Positions 38,631-54,771 of a stretch of 64,000 nucleotides of DNA are shown here, piece by piece. The notes under the pieces are model-generated. The model searched no databases. It was not told the DNA's origin and saw nothing but the letters and a program-made list of their open reading frames with translations. The stretch comes from the human T2T-CHM13v2.0 reference genome, Homo sapiens, in the NCBI RefSeq assembly GCF_009914755.1, contig NC_060926.1. The stretch is one strand, 5' to 3'. Position 1 is the first letter of the stretch. Every line of letters starts with the position of its first letter. The position numbers and the translations under genes are program-made.

Positions 38631-40844
38631 AGGTTGTGCACTAAAATAGTCAATGACCACCAAGCCTGAAAAGAACATTGACTTTATATGGAGAAGTTCA
38701 TTTAAACAAATAGATGGCTTAAAAATATTTTCTAACTTTACAATTTTACCTTTTCACTCACCTTTCTATTCTAGTTATCATGCAATTTTACTGAAAGCCA
38801 GTAAAACAATTGATAATTTTAGGAATAATCTAAATTTACAGTTATTCATAGATTATTAAACTATTTTTATGTATCGTGTATATTAATGCAAAGCATTTAA
38901 TTATGTCTAATGCATTCCTTATAATTTCTTCTTATTTTTAATATTACAGCCCTAGTATGAATAATTGTCAGAAACATAAAGCAGAAAACTCTTAAAAAGT
39001 CTGTTTATTTGATCAATATGTTCAAGGATTTATAAATGAGAATAGAATCATTTCATTCTATAACATGATTAGTAAGAGTTGAAAAAATTGGCATGATTAA
39101 CATACATTTTTGAGCAAATAGTTAATTATTTAAACCAAATTATCAGAGACCAATTTGCTATCAATGCAATTGCAGAGATCAAATTGGTTTCAGAGCACAG
39201 AGCTTTCAGCCTCTAAATCGAGAGTGTGACCTTCATGCTTCCTGTGTTGCATCGACTCTGAAATACCAAAACCCAGTTTGCATGTGATTTTAAAGTTATA
39301 CCACATTTATAATTATAGAGCATAATTGTGAGATTAACTTGATGTTTTATCTGGTACGCATTCACTCTCTTTTCCTCCCCCTCATGTAGTGTTTCTTCTG
39401 CTTGTTCAACCTGAAATTGTCAATTTAGTTCCTCACTGCTTTGTCTTTGGGGTGCATCTGTGTTGTACTTTCCTATTTGTGAGTTTCTGTCTAGGTCCCT
39501 CAATGGGAACATTCACGTTAAATCCTGTTCATAGTTCTTCAGCCTCAAGAGCACATCCATATGACTTAATCTGTGCATGTATTGTGTATGTATATATATA
39601 TTTACATATGCATCCAGGTAAACATATTCAAGAAATATGATGTAAATTGAAGATGAAGAGATTAATAAGTATTTTTATTCTTATGTGTTTTTGCTTTTAT
39701 ATTTATTAGGGATGCTAATATTTTATGGCCACAGATGATGGATAGTGGCAGGATTGTGAGAGGAGGCAAAAATAATTTGGACATAGAATGAGTGATGTAT
39801 CATATAAGTGGCAGAAACTGATATCCTTGGCTACCTTATTAAGATTAGATTGAGGGAAATGGTTGATAGGGATCAGAACTTAATTTAAATGCAGAAAAGC
39901 AAGAAGAAATTTACATAAAAGCTAAACCCTCCAACAGTGAATCTAAAAATGTATAAAACTGAAGAGACCCACGTTTCTCATTTGGGTGCTCATTGCTTTC
40001 ATATTTTGCAGAGAAAGGGGGAAGCAAAAAGTTGAGAAAGAAGCATTTCACTTAGCTATTTTTTCCACCTAATCAACTTCTGTTGTCAAGCTATATCTTA
40101 ATTATTTGGTGGCCTGAACCATCTCTAATTTCTCCTCACTAAAGTCAACAAGAATGAATTATAGTTTTGATGTAATTACTAAAATTCATGCAATTTTATC
40201 CTGTACCTTTATATGACCTAAATTACATAACGTCAAAAGGGATTTGATAAAAATTTCACTTCATGGTAAGTGTGTATTTACTATTATATCTATGTCATAC
40301 ATTCGAACAAATACATTAGAATGGGACATTTGGAACAGGCTAAATTTCAGGAAGTCAGATTGAATGATGTTAAGAGAGAATATAAATCAGCTGGATATCA
40401 CAGCACCTGAACACATGATCCTGTGTTTGAAAGGTAGCCTTTTTCTAAGGTCCCATTTTTATTGATCCTGATAGCTTTTGTGTTATATCCATTAATTCCA
40501 TCAAATGAAGGAGGAAGATTAGGGTCATAAAAAAGGAAGTAGTACCCAGTCCATTTGTCTAGGTTGGCAGTAGAGCCAAAAAGGAGAAACAAGCCAGAGA
40601 AAAGTTGAACTGAGTCTAAGCTTTGTATGAGCAAACCCTTAAGTGCTCTTTCTCTATACACAGAAGAGGCTACACCTGCTTCCTAAAACAACAACAACAA
40701 ATAATACCCATAAATAACATACAGTTCCTAGGATCATTGTTTAGGTATCAAAGAGTGACCTCCAAGTTTTATATGCTACCCACGTTAAATAAATATTCCT
40801 TAGCAGACTTAGCAAGATGGTAAACACCTTTAATCAAGTGACTT

Positions 40845-41305
40845 TTATTAGTTACCGTGAATGACCCACCATTAAAGGAAGAAAAAAAAGAAACGAGACC
40901 CTAAAACAGAGTAATTTAAATAAGCTTATTCCTCTAACATGGTAGTCTAGTTCATTAAAGATGACTGGTCACTTTTTCTTCATAAAGTTTACAAAGTCCC
41001 AAGTTCTTTCCACCTTGCTGCTGCAACAGTCTCTAGATCGTTGTATTCCACAGTGTGGCAAAAATTGACTGATTGCTGCATCTGCATTTTAGATCATGGG
41101 AAGGGGCAAAAATGTTAAGGTCCAAGAACAGAGGCTTTTAAGTTGGAAATGGCTGAAAGGATGCTCATGTCCTAACTTATGCACCTTTATTGTTCCAAAT
41201 CTAGTTGCATTGTCCTAAGTAGATGCAAGGTAAGCGGGAAAATATAGTTACGTGTATTAGAAAACTGAGAACACAGCTTCTTAGGGATACTAGCCTGCTG
41301 CCACA
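40845..41305 (-). mobile_element. Old MLT1 (J-like) LTR
   Basis: CCCAAGTTCTTTCCACCTTGCTGCTG...CATCTGCATTTTAG...AGATGCAAGG...GGGAAAATATAG...CTGCCACA. Confidence 0.55.
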
Positions 41306-43330
41306 GGACTGCATCAGGATGTGACTTCCCTAATCGAACCTCTTCCATCTTTTCTAAATGCCTATCCCTTTATGAGACAAGCATTCCGCGCTAATGGCCT
41401 TGCTTTAATGGATTAACTCACAACTAACTATGGGTCAAATAGTTCCTATCTGCCCATGTGTGTCCACTACCTGGAAGTCAGTAAGAGCTTTGATTTCTCT
41501 TTTCTTATCAAATCCAATAAATCTACAAAATAACTGCATAAGCTTGTAGCCGCAAACTGACCACATTCCTCATAAAGTAAGAGTTTGCCTTGCTATCCAA
41601 CAATGGGCATGTAATAATATCAGGACCAAGGAGGATGTGGGTTTGAAAGTTGATTACAAATTTCCAGACTTTAGACACTGAGCTGTATTTCAAAATTCAC
41701 AGTGTAATTGACTTAAAATCAGAACTCTTCAGTAAAATAATAAACTAAGTGTTTAAAAAGATTAATGACAAATAAAAACCCTAAAACTACTCATGCAGCA
41801 AGTCGAACAGCTCAATCAGTAGGAAAATCTTGTCAGACACTTTGATGTGATCATTTTTACCAAAAATATCTCTGTAAATTGCCATGTGATTAAACCAGAA
41901 TCATTTATTTACAAATTCTAATTTTTAAGACATCAAGCATATGTTTTCCAGTCTATTTAATTTTCCTAAGTACTCTCTTGGACATTTTGATATTAACAAG
42001 ACTTTCTTTCATCATATCTTACAGCCTTGAATAATTTGGCCATAGTAAAAATGATTAATGAGCCCAAATGGAGATTGTGTGCATGTGTTGTATATGAGTA
42101 CTACCTATACAGGAGCTGTTCTTTACCCAGGATAAAGGTTTCCCCAAAGAACAGAGAGATTTTCTGCAGAGGTTACTTGAAAAGTCAAAGCAGCATTAGT
42201 GACCCTCTATCAAATTCTGCACAAGGATATACAGTTTATTAAGTATTGTATGAAAAATACCTCCACCAGTCCCTCAATACTCACATATGTCTTCTCAGCT
42301 GTCAGAAAAGTCTCTTGATTGCTTACCAGTCTTTTTCTTATAGTCCCGGGGTAACCACAACAAAAAAATGATAAAATACTTGTGTCAGATACCTAAGCCA
42401 GCTCTGTCTTACAGCCTTGCATCCAAGTCAAGCCTATAAATCCTCTCTCCATAAACATCTCTAATTTGGCTTCTTCTTCCATGGGCCCACTCTCTCACCC
42501 AGCTGATGAGTCAGTCAACAATGCCAGGGAAATTATAGCTTTGAAAAAGATAAGGAAGGGCAGCACTGTCATTTATCCCCCATAGAGTCTCACCTGTCCA
42601 AGTGCTTTCTGATTGCTGGCTGGTCCAGAGGAAACTCAAGGTAGAAGTAGGGAAATATCATGTGGGAGGAAAGACATAGTCAGGGCAGAGAAACAGGCAG
42701 GTCACTATAGGCATGACACCACTGATTCTTCTTTACTTGATTTGCTTGTCAAGGTTGCTTTAGGTTTAGAGTTGGGTTAATAACATAACCACAGAAATTT
42801 AGTTGGGACAAACAGTAGGCAGCTTGACAGTAAAAAAGTTTCCTTTAATAAGTCATATTCTGTTATTTATTTTGGCCAATAATGTCTATCTATAAGATAT
42901 GGACAGATAGACAAGAGTATCTTTAATGCTGTCATGCCAAGTATTTCAATTATTTTCTCCTTTTAGCCACATGGTACAATTGCACTCCTTTTGAAGTTAG
43001 TAAGCCAAACTTGACTTGCTTTGAGTGATGAGACAAAAGAAGCCAAGGTATAGACTGTTCTGGTACCCACAGTTTAAAAGAACCACTGTCCATGCTCCCC
43101 AGAAGGCTTTATTCCTTCCCCATTCAGTTTCCATAAACAAAGGGGAAACTGAACCCTTTCCTCATAAATCCCTAGTAGAGACATGCACCAGCCTGAATGA
43201 TTTCCTTATTTATTCCCAATGCCAACCCGTGCTCCTCCCCTCATCTCTGGGGTATTACATAATCAGTGACTCAAAGAACAATTCAGTTGGATTTAAAACA
43301 AGCTGTCTTGATAAAAGTGAAAGGTGTTGA

Positions 43331-43684
<354 letters not shown>

Positions 43685-43993
43685 TAATAATGGTGCCCTG
43701 TGAATTAGTGTGTGATTATATGCAAACAGATGATCATGAAATAATTATAGATAGTAGGCAATAAATGGCACAAACAGACAATATTGTAAGAAATCAGGAA
43801 TCAAGGGGGATTTAAGTGCTCACAGAAATGGCCTATGAACAAATAGTCTGTGAGTTTTTGAATGTGACTGCCATTGTAAAGAATTGCAAAATGTCTTTTA
43901 GCATGCCTCTAACGTGGTAACCATGTTGTTTATTTTATTTTATTTTATTTTATTTTTTTATCCTTATTTTATTTATTTATATAAGAAAGAGCT

Positions 43994-44300
43994 GGCGGGG
44001 CATGGTGGATCACACCTGTAATCCCAGCACTTTGGGAGGCTGAGACAGGTAGATCACCTGAGGTCAGGAGTGCAAGACCAGCCTGGCCAACACAATGAAA
44101 TCCTGTCTCTACTAAAAATGCAAAAATTAACTGGGCATGGTGGTGAGCCCCTGTAATCCCAGCTCCTTGGAGGCTGAGACGGGAGAATTGTTTGAACCTG
44201 CAAGGCGGAGGCTGCAATGAGCCGAGTTTGCGCTACTGCAATCCAGCCTGGACATTAGAGTGAGACCTTGTCTTAAAAAAAAAGAAAAAAGAAAAAAAAA
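43994..44300 (+). mobile_element. AluS (Sx-like), full length
   Basis: GGCGGGGCATGGTGGATCACACCTGTAATCCCAGCACTTTGGGAGG...GAGACCTTGTCTT and an A tail. Confidence 0.96.
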
Positions 44301-44499
44301 GCTGACAAGATGTTTACTAGGTTTTCTAACCCTGAGATCAACTATAGCTAATTAGGCTGGAGAGATCAAGAATATCTTCAGAGATGAAGGGCATCTACTT
44401 GCTTCTTGAATGATAGAAAGGCTGATTCGGGCAATCCTGTTGCAGAATAAGTAAAATTGTAGAAGTTGGGAAGCACAAAAAAAATTAGCGATGAAATTG

Positions 44500-44680
44500 A
44501 TGATAGGTAGCACTGATTGAGTGCTTACTGCTTGTAAACAATAAAGGGACAGTTTTACATGGATAAAATCACTTAAGTTTCTCAATCTGGTGACGTAGGT
44601 TCTTTACCCTCATTTTATAGCTGTGAAAACTGAGACAAAATGAGGTTAAGTAACTTGTCCAAAGTTGAAGGTGTAACTGA
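44500..44680 (-). mobile_element. MIR
   Basis: CACTGATTGAGTGCTTACT...CTCATTTTATAGCTGTGAAAACTGAGAC...GAGGTTAAGTAACTTGTCCAAAG. Confidence 0.85.
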
Positions 44681-46452
44681 AATTTCCCGCTTACCTACTC
44701 TGCTCTATTTCCTTTGACAAACTGAACTGAAGGGAAGGTCATTATAAGGGACACTGTAGAAGTAAGAATGGAAAGCTAGAGCGAGGCCAGCTGCTGGGGG
44801 AGCCACACATGCCAGGCTAAGCAGTTCGCGCAAAATCGAAAGATATTAAATCTGCTTTCAGGATTCTTATATTTTTGTTGAGAGAGGTAAACATTAGCAA
44901 AGACTAAAATGACAGTGTGTAGCAAGAGATATATTGCACACAAGCATAGCTAAACACCTAGCACAGACAATGCAAGTGCAGGTCATTTAACTTGAGCTTG
45001 AATTAAAAATAAAGGGACATCTTACCCAAGCCTTAGAAGATCTTACATTTTGAAATTTTGAATACATTATTCTATACAATAAATTGATTACAAAGGTGTG
45101 GGGAAGCTTCTTTAAATTTCTCTGTTTAAAGAAGCTATAGAATCTTCACTTTAGCAGCATTTAGATGTTATTGTGTCAGTATCCACTGGTATAAAGCTGG
45201 TTTAGCTAGGATGTATTAAATTGGAGTTTCACCCCTACCTAACTGGATTATCCCATTTCTGATCTTAAATGTTTCAGTCTATTTATTGGAAGAACTGTGT
45301 TTTATATCTAGCTGAAGAAAAACATAATTACACGCTATAGCAAATATGCAACCCTGTTTCCTGGTTGTTCAAATTTTCTGACCTTAAATACAAGAAAACT
45401 CTGTGGATTACCGAACAGAATATTCTTCTCGGCATTAGTAGTAGCATTCCATATAACCTACTAAAGATAACCTTTTATTGCATTTCTCATAAGGAGATTA
45501 GAGGGGATGGTGAACCATCTTCCTATAGCTTTTCTCTCTACTCTAAAAGCATACATTGCATCCCTGTGGAGATAGAAGAAAGGAAGACCCTCCAACCTTT
45601 GTTCCCTTTTGGTCATTTTGTTTTAGGGCAATCTCCTCTCACATCTGCATGCAACTGATCATGTGTGACTTATTCTTGCTGGAAGTTTGTGACTAGTTCT
45701 CATATTGAGCTGCAAATGGCTCCTCTCTGCAGGACTACTCACTGACAGCCCTCTTGTGATAGGGAATGAGATTGTTTTTCCCCTCTGTGGGTTTTTGTTG
45801 TACTTGTTATCGTTGGCTTTTTTCCCCCCAGTGGCATCTTGAACAAAAAAATAAAAAAACAACATTCAACCTCTAACTTATTGAATTTTGGAAACTCAAA
45901 ATAGTATGGTGAGAAGATTTGTAATTATACCTATCTCTCAGGGCATAATGACTTAATTAATATACCCTTCATGAGATTTTGCTCTGTGGGAAGCACACAG
46001 CTGCACTGGCTGATGGAAATTAAGGTATCGTGAAGTGCAGAACTTGAGTGTTTTGATTGTTTGTGAGTTTTAAATGTTTAATAGAGATTTTTTCTTCCTT
46101 TTGGTTTAATTTGTGCACAGAAATCAGCTCCTCCCCTTCATCAGACTGTAGATGATAAATGGTGAGGAGGACAAATGTATGGAAAGTTGAAGCTGTTCAA
46201 GTTGCTAATGACAAAATCAATCATAGCTAGATATCCATGGCTCAAGGCTATTTCAAAACATTTATGCTATTTGTTTTATTTTGCACAATTATTCAACCTA
46301 AGAGTCTTCCCAAGATGGTTTGGAATTAGATTTTTATTTTCACTCTCACCACCTGCCTGGATTCTTTAGAGATCTCATATTTCTCTGTTTTTTCAGTTTT
46401 TGAGAACTCATGTAAGTTTATGCCTTCTTCCTTTTAAAAATAAAAGTGACTT

Positions 46453-46751
<299 letters not shown>

Positions 46752-47418
46752 GTGATTTTATCATATTATACTTGAAAGTTCTTTTTGCTTATGAGAAGCG
46801 ATAACTGCCCTCTTTGATCCCTTTGCACTCCCTCCCAGGAAAGCTCAAAAGTCAATGATAATTTCGAGACCCTCAAGCACTTCCAATGGAGGGAAACTGT
46901 GTTGAAGCAGTCCTGCCTCGGCTAAGGCAGCATGGGCATGTTCCATATTCTAGAACTCTTTCTCTCTTTTTCTGTCTTTCTCATGCTTGTGCTCTCTTTC
47001 TCTCCCTTTTTCATACAAACTTTTAGAAAGAATAAACTGATATATGTATGAGTGATTTTGACTATTAGGTAAAATTCATGTGTTGTGAACCTGGGTAACA
47101 AGAAACCAGGAAAAGCCCAATCTAGTAAAACAAAAAGAAGACTGATGAAATCAAAGGCCATTTAAACCAAAGGTCAGGTCAAGAGAAGTTAATAAACACA
47201 GTAAAGAAGAGGCTAAAAACAGAATTTTGTTGGCTTCTTGATGGTTGTTGTCATGGTGGATTTTTATAAGCCAAAGAAGGTCAAAAAATTCTGTTATTTC
47301 ACTTTTATTATTTTTTTCAACCAAGTGAATGACTGTGAACCTGTAGAACAAAATGGGCAAAAATGAAATCTAACCCAGCTTCATAAGGACCAGGAAGAGA
47401 CACTTTCAGTGATTTAAA

Positions 47419-48071
47419 TCTTAGGGTTCAGAAAACAATACCCCAAAATGGAGGCCTTAGAAGCAGTCTCAGAAGCAAAAGTTTTTCCCTGACCTTCTCC
47501 TGTCCAGTCGCCCAGTCCCATTCTCCCCCTAGACTAGCCATAAAAATTAGAATCTTTCTTTCCCAAGACAAGCCGTAGAAATCATTACCCCTTTCCCGAA
47601 AGCCAGCCATAAGACCTAGAAATATTCCTCTAATTTTGTCTCCATCTTTCTGAATAAAAACTCACTGAGAAGAAATTATTTGACATACCTTGTTTGACTG
47701 TAGATCATAAGACCCTTATTCCCCCTATTCCAGAGAGGGCCCTGACCCACACCAAGAGAAAGGAATGCATGCTCAGACAGGCTAAAAAGAATCTAGACAG
47801 ACAGGCCTTACTGGGTTTCCCCACTCAGTCCACTAGCATTAAATCATACCCATTTTGTTGAATCATGTTTCTACATAGCTGTACATGTTTTGTTGAATCT
47901 AAGCACAAAAAAGACAATTTCCTCTGTATCTTTGTGTTTTCATTCTAAAGGCCCCCATGTACACACAGTAAATAAATTTTTATGCCTTGTTTCCAATTAA
48001 TCTTCATTTTGCATGTTGCTTTTTCAGTGAATCTTCAGAGGAAAAAGAGGAACTCAGCCCTTGGCACTACA
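47419..48071 (+). mobile_element. MER39-like ERV1 solo LTR
   Basis: CAGAAAACAATACCCCAAAATGGAGGCCTTAGAAGCAGTCTCAGAAGCAAAAGTTTTT...AAGAATCTAGACAGACAGGCC...CCCTTGGCACTACA. Confidence 0.85.
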
Positions 48072-48384
48072 TAAACAATGTAATGTCAAAAATCTGTAGG
48101 AATCATATACAAAAGTCCAAAACAAAAACTACAGATACACCTAAGATTTTTCTGAAACATCTTTGGCCACTAGAGAGGCTCCAAGCATCTGAATATTCAT
48201 CCACTGAGTCATAAAGTTTACAAAAGAATAAATGTAAAGTCTGAGAATTAGCAAGTAATAAGTTTGACATTGAGATGAAGCATACACTTAGGACCCAGAA
48301 GGCTGGTGCTGGATTCCCAACTCTTACCAGCCGTGTGAATGGGGACACAGTGAACTGTGAACTCTCTGGTGGCACAGAGGACTT

Positions 48385-48831
48385 GCCTAAATGCTGTGCT
48401 AAGAGGACTGACCAAACTTTACCCTGGCATCCCCCTACAATATGTCATGTTCCTAAAGGTATGCACAGCCCCCAGACTGAGTCTTTCTTCAATAAAATGC
48501 AATGCTGGCCACTGAAAAATATATTTTGTCCAAACCATTTGCCAAATGTCTTCCAGTAGTTTTTGACTGATGCCCTCTCCTATAAGTTTCCATTTCCCCT
48601 AGCCTTCTTCTTGTTCTCTTTAGCTCTCAAACTCCAATTTGTTTGTTTTTTTATCACTTCCCCATAGCCTCTTTATGGTCCCTCCTTGTTATTTCTTTAA
48701 AAATTTAAATAATCTTTCTCTTAGTTGGAGTTAAGCTTAGTTTATACTGAAGTCTCTCTCTCTATTGCAGTAGTCTGAATAAAATCTATCTTGTCACCTT
48801 TACCAAGTGTTCATTGCTTTTTTTCTTGGAC
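48385..48831 (+). mobile_element. MER31/MER67-like ERV1 LTR inserted into a MIR (MIR halves ~48270-48370 and ~48832-48940)
   Basis: TGACCAAACTTT near the start; CTCTCTATTGCAGTAGTCTGAATAAAATC...TTCTTGGACA at the end; MIR resumes with GCCTCAGTTTTTTGGTCTCTAAAATGGGG. Confidence 0.6.
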
Positions 48832-49104
48832 AGCTTTCTTTTATGCCTCAGTTTTTTGGTCTCTAAAATGGGGGTACTTACAATACCTTCTCTCAGGTTT
48901 GTCATGAAAATTAAATGGATAAATATTTGTAATGTACCATATGTGTTTATTGAATAAATACAGCACATTTATTGAATAAACACATATGACACATTAATTT
49001 TAAAATTTAATTTAAAAAATTAATTTAAAACAATTTCAGCAAATTTATAGTAACCCTAACAATATAGACATTTAAGCTTTACAATGATTTTTCTGTAAAG
49101 ATGT

Positions 49105-49313
49105 CCCCACTCCAGGTCCTAGACAACATTTCTGGACACACACTGGGCCAAAAGAGAACCCACTGCCTTGAAGGGAATGACCCAGTCCTGGCAAGATTCA
49201 TCAGCTGCTGACTAAATGGCACTCGGGCCCTGGATAACCAGCAATGAAACCCACGGAGTGTGCTATGGGCCTTGGGCTTCGAGACACACTAGCTTCAGGT
49301 GTGACTGAACATT
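49105..49313 (+). repeat. 209-bp direct copy of L1 5'UTR segment 51416-51624
   Basis: Ungapped manual alignment, 11 mismatches in 209 bp. Confidence 0.95.
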
Positions 49314-49891
49314 GGTTTGTAGTGATCTTCTGGCTCCAGTCTACTACCCCACTGTCACAACTCAAGGTCAAGTGTATTAACCATTCCTTTCAAATGCCCA
49401 CTCTGATTTCCACCTGTGGTGCTCATTTCTGCTCCTCTGTGACATGACAGAATCATGTGCAGTTTTTGTGGTCTTGCTTATGTATCTTTCTCTGTAAAAT
49501 CTTGCATTCCTTTTCTCTACGGGACCAAACACTTTGATTATACCTCTGCCATAAAACTCAGTACAGTGTCCATGTACCTTTCCTCTTTGATGTCCTTGTA
49601 TTTCAAGAGCATTTAAATTTTTGCTGTCCAGTTTATAAAGTGTGTGTATACACATGATATTATTCAATTCTTACAATTCCATGACATATTTTTGTTTTAT
49701 TTCCAATTTAATATATACAGAAACAAAGTCTTGAATAGTAAATAATTGAATAAGTTCAATTTACTTGACAATGGTGAGAGCAAGACTTGTTCCCAGTTAT
49801 TCTGTTCAATAGAAATCTAGCTTTACTACTTTTTAGATGAGCCCTTATGGGCCAACTAATGAATTGTTTGGAGCCTATGTAAAATGGGATT

Positions 49892-50192
<301 letters not shown>

Positions 50193-52571
50193 AAAATGGG
50201 ATTATGATATGCACTTCAGAAGGCTATTGTGACACCCCCAAACCATGGCATATATTAAATATATTAAAGAGATTTTGCTTCATAGAAGACTATTAACAAG
50301 TGCTTTCACCCTTCTTTTGGTCAGCAAAACTGATAGTGTCTTAAAGTCTCTACTAAAATAGCCTTTCAGAAGCAGCACGAAATTCAAGTTAGAGGAAACA
50401 AAAAGAGGTTGCTAATTTCAATTAGAAATTGCCAATGTAGATACTGTATAACACATAGATTGGACATGCTTTCTTTAACCAAAGCATGGAGTTTTGTGAT
50501 GCACTGAGTCATACAGTCATGAGATCCTTGAGTTTTCTCCTTTTCACTTTTTAAGAAAGAAAAAGTCCAGGCCTGAATGAGACTGCCTAACTATTTTACT
50601 AAATAATCAGAAAGGCTTGGAATTATTCAGAGGGTGGTGCAAGATGACAGATTAGAGGCCTACACTGTTTGTTCCCCCACTGGAACACCAAATTTTAACA
50701 ACTATCTGTACAGAGAAAAGCGCCATCACAAAAAAGAAAAAATCAGGTGAGCAATCAAAGTACCTGATTTTCAACTTAATATTATGAAAAGAGGCATTGA
50801 GGAGGGCAAGAAAGACAGTCTTGAACTACTGATGTCACCCTTACCCATTTCCCTGTAGCAGCCATGCAGCAGGAGAACCTGTGTACTTTGGGGAGGGACA
50901 GCACAACAACTGGGAGACTTTACATTGAACTCAGTGCTGCCTTGTCAGAGCAGAGAAAAAAATGCTGTGCTGGGATCAGTCAGAGACCTTGAACTTGGAG
51001 GAAGTGTTTGGACTAGCCCTATAATGACAGGAATTGCCCCTCCCAGAATTCAGAGCTTGAATTTTTTGGTAAAACTTGCCACTGCAGGCCAAAGTGCTCT
51101 GGGGTCCTATTAGGTAAACTTGAAAGGCAGTCTGGGACACAAAGACTGGAATTCCTAGCCAACTCCTAGTGCTAGGCTAGGCTTAGAGCCAGTGAACTAG
51201 GGTGGCATATGGTGTAAGGAGATACTAGCTGGCATGGCAAAGAGAGGACTAGTGCCATCTCTCCCCCAAACTCAGGCAGTGAAGCTTTTAGCAATGAAAG
51301 TGACTCCTCACTTCTGCTTAAGAAGAGGAGAGCAAAGAGTAAAGAAGACTTTGTCTTGCATCTTGGGTATCAACTCAGCCACAATAGGACAGGGCACTGA
51401 GAAGAGCCATAAGGCCCCCATTCCAGGCCCTAGACAACATTTCTGGACACACACTGGGCCAAAAGAGAACCCATTGCCTTGAAGGGAAGGACCCAGTCCT
51501 GGCAAGATTCATCAGCTGCTGACTAAATGGCACTCAGGCCCTGGATAACCAGGAGTGATACCCAGGGAGTGTGCTATGGGCCTTGGGCTTTGAGACACAC
51601 TAGCTTCAGGTGTGACTGCACATTCCCAGCTGCAGTGGCTATGGTGAAAGACTTTTTCCTGTTTGAGAAAAGCAGAGGGAAAAGTAAAATGGACTTTGTT
51701 TTCTACCCTAGGTACCAGTTCGATCATGGTGGGTTAGAGCAACAAGTAGGCCCTTGAGGTCCTCAAGCAAGTACAGACCTAGGTCCTTGGATAGCATTTC
51801 TGGACCTGCCCTTGGCCAGAGTAGAGCACATTGCCCTGAAGGGTGAGTCCCAGGCCTGGCAGCGTTCACCACAAACTGACAGAAGAGCTTTTGGTCTTTA
51901 AACAAACATCAGCAGTGGCCTGGCAGAACCCTCTGTGGATTGGTGGTGATGGTGGCCACTAGCAGAGAGGCTCCTCTGCCTGTGCAAAGGGGAATGAAAG
52001 TGGGAAGGACTTTGTATTCAGATAGGAGTGCCAGTTTAGCCATAGTGGAACAGAATATCAGGTATATTGCTAAGATTTTTTACTCCAATCTCTGCAACTC
52101 AAACAGTATCTCTGGATATGCTTGGATCCTGGGGGAACTTGCCATCTTAAAGAAAAGGATCTTGGGCAAGACCCAGTGTTGTGCTGGTTTCAGGTCTCAC
52201 ACAGCACAGTCCCAGTTGTGATTGCCACAGTGGTGCTTACATCATCACATTTCCAGTTCCAGATGGCCCAGTAAAGAGAAAGCCTCCATATGGTTAGGAG
52301 AAAGTAAGGGAAAAGAACAAAAATTTCTGCCTGGTAATACAGAGAAATCTTCCCAATCTTATCTAAGACCAGCAAGCTGGCAAATCTATGAGTCTGCAGA
52401 AATTGCAGCATTATTGATTTTGGGGTCCAAGTTCCCTCAAACACTTGGAAAGTCTTCCCAAGAAGAAAAGGCATAAACAAAGCAAAACTGTGAAGTCTAA
52501 AATAAATAACCAACTCTTCAATGAGCAGACACTGAGGAACATCTATCAGCATCAACATCTTCCAGGGAAAC

Positions 52572-53760
<1,189 letters not shown>

Positions 53761-54771
53761 GCAAGAAGAAATCAACTGGATGTACAAAACTCATTGATAA
53801 TAGTAAACACACTGAATAACACAGAATACTATAACACTGTGATTGTGGTGTGTAAGCTTCCCTTGACTTAGATAAAAAGACTAAATAATAAACCAATAAA
53901 AAATAATAACCACAACTCTTCTAGACACAAGCAGTACAATAAAACATAAAAAGAAACAACAAAAAGTTAAAAAATGGGAGGATGAAATTAGTGGGTAGGG
54001 TTTTTATTAGTTATTTTTTAATGTTTATTATGCAATCAGTGTTAAGTTTTCATCAGTTTAAAGTAATGGGCTATAAGATAGTGTTTGCACACCTCATGGT
54101 AACTTCAAATCAAAAAACGTTGAACAGATAAAGAAAACTAATACAAAAGAAATTAAACCATACCACCAGAGAAAATCATCTTCACTAAACAGAAGTTAAG
54201 AAGGAAGGAAAGAAGGAAGAGAAAATCACAAGACAACCAGAAAGCAAATAACAAAAGGGCAGGAGTCAGTCCTTACTTATCAGTAATAACATTAAATGTA
54301 AATGGACTAAACCCTTCAATCAAAAGTCATAGAGTGGCTGAACGAATGAAAAAACAAGACCCAATGATTCATCGCCTGGAAGAAACATACTTCACCTATA
54401 AAGATACACATAAACTGAAAATGAAAAGGTAGAAAAAGATATTTCATGCCAATAGAGACTTAAATAGAGCAACAGTAGCTATAATTACATCAGAGTAAAT
54501 AGATTTCAACACAAAATCTATAAGAAGAGACAAAAAGGTTATTATATAATGATAAAAGGGTCATTTTAGCCATATGATATAATAATTGTAAATATATGCA
54601 CCCAAACCTGGAACACTCAGGTATATAGAGCAAATATTATTAGACTTAAAGAAAGAGATAGACCAAATACAATAATAGTTGGAGACTATTTATTACATTC
54701 AGCATTGGACATATTTCCCAGACAGAAAATCAACAAAGAAACATCAGACTTAATCTACACTCTAGAACAAT

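Noticed and set aside
51420-52160. Diverged internal repeats (CATTTCTGGAC...TGCC(T/C)TGAAGGG) in the L1 5'UTR
   Set aside because: Repeated modules are an expected feature of L1M1/L1MA 5'UTRs, unlike the external 95% copy at 49105.
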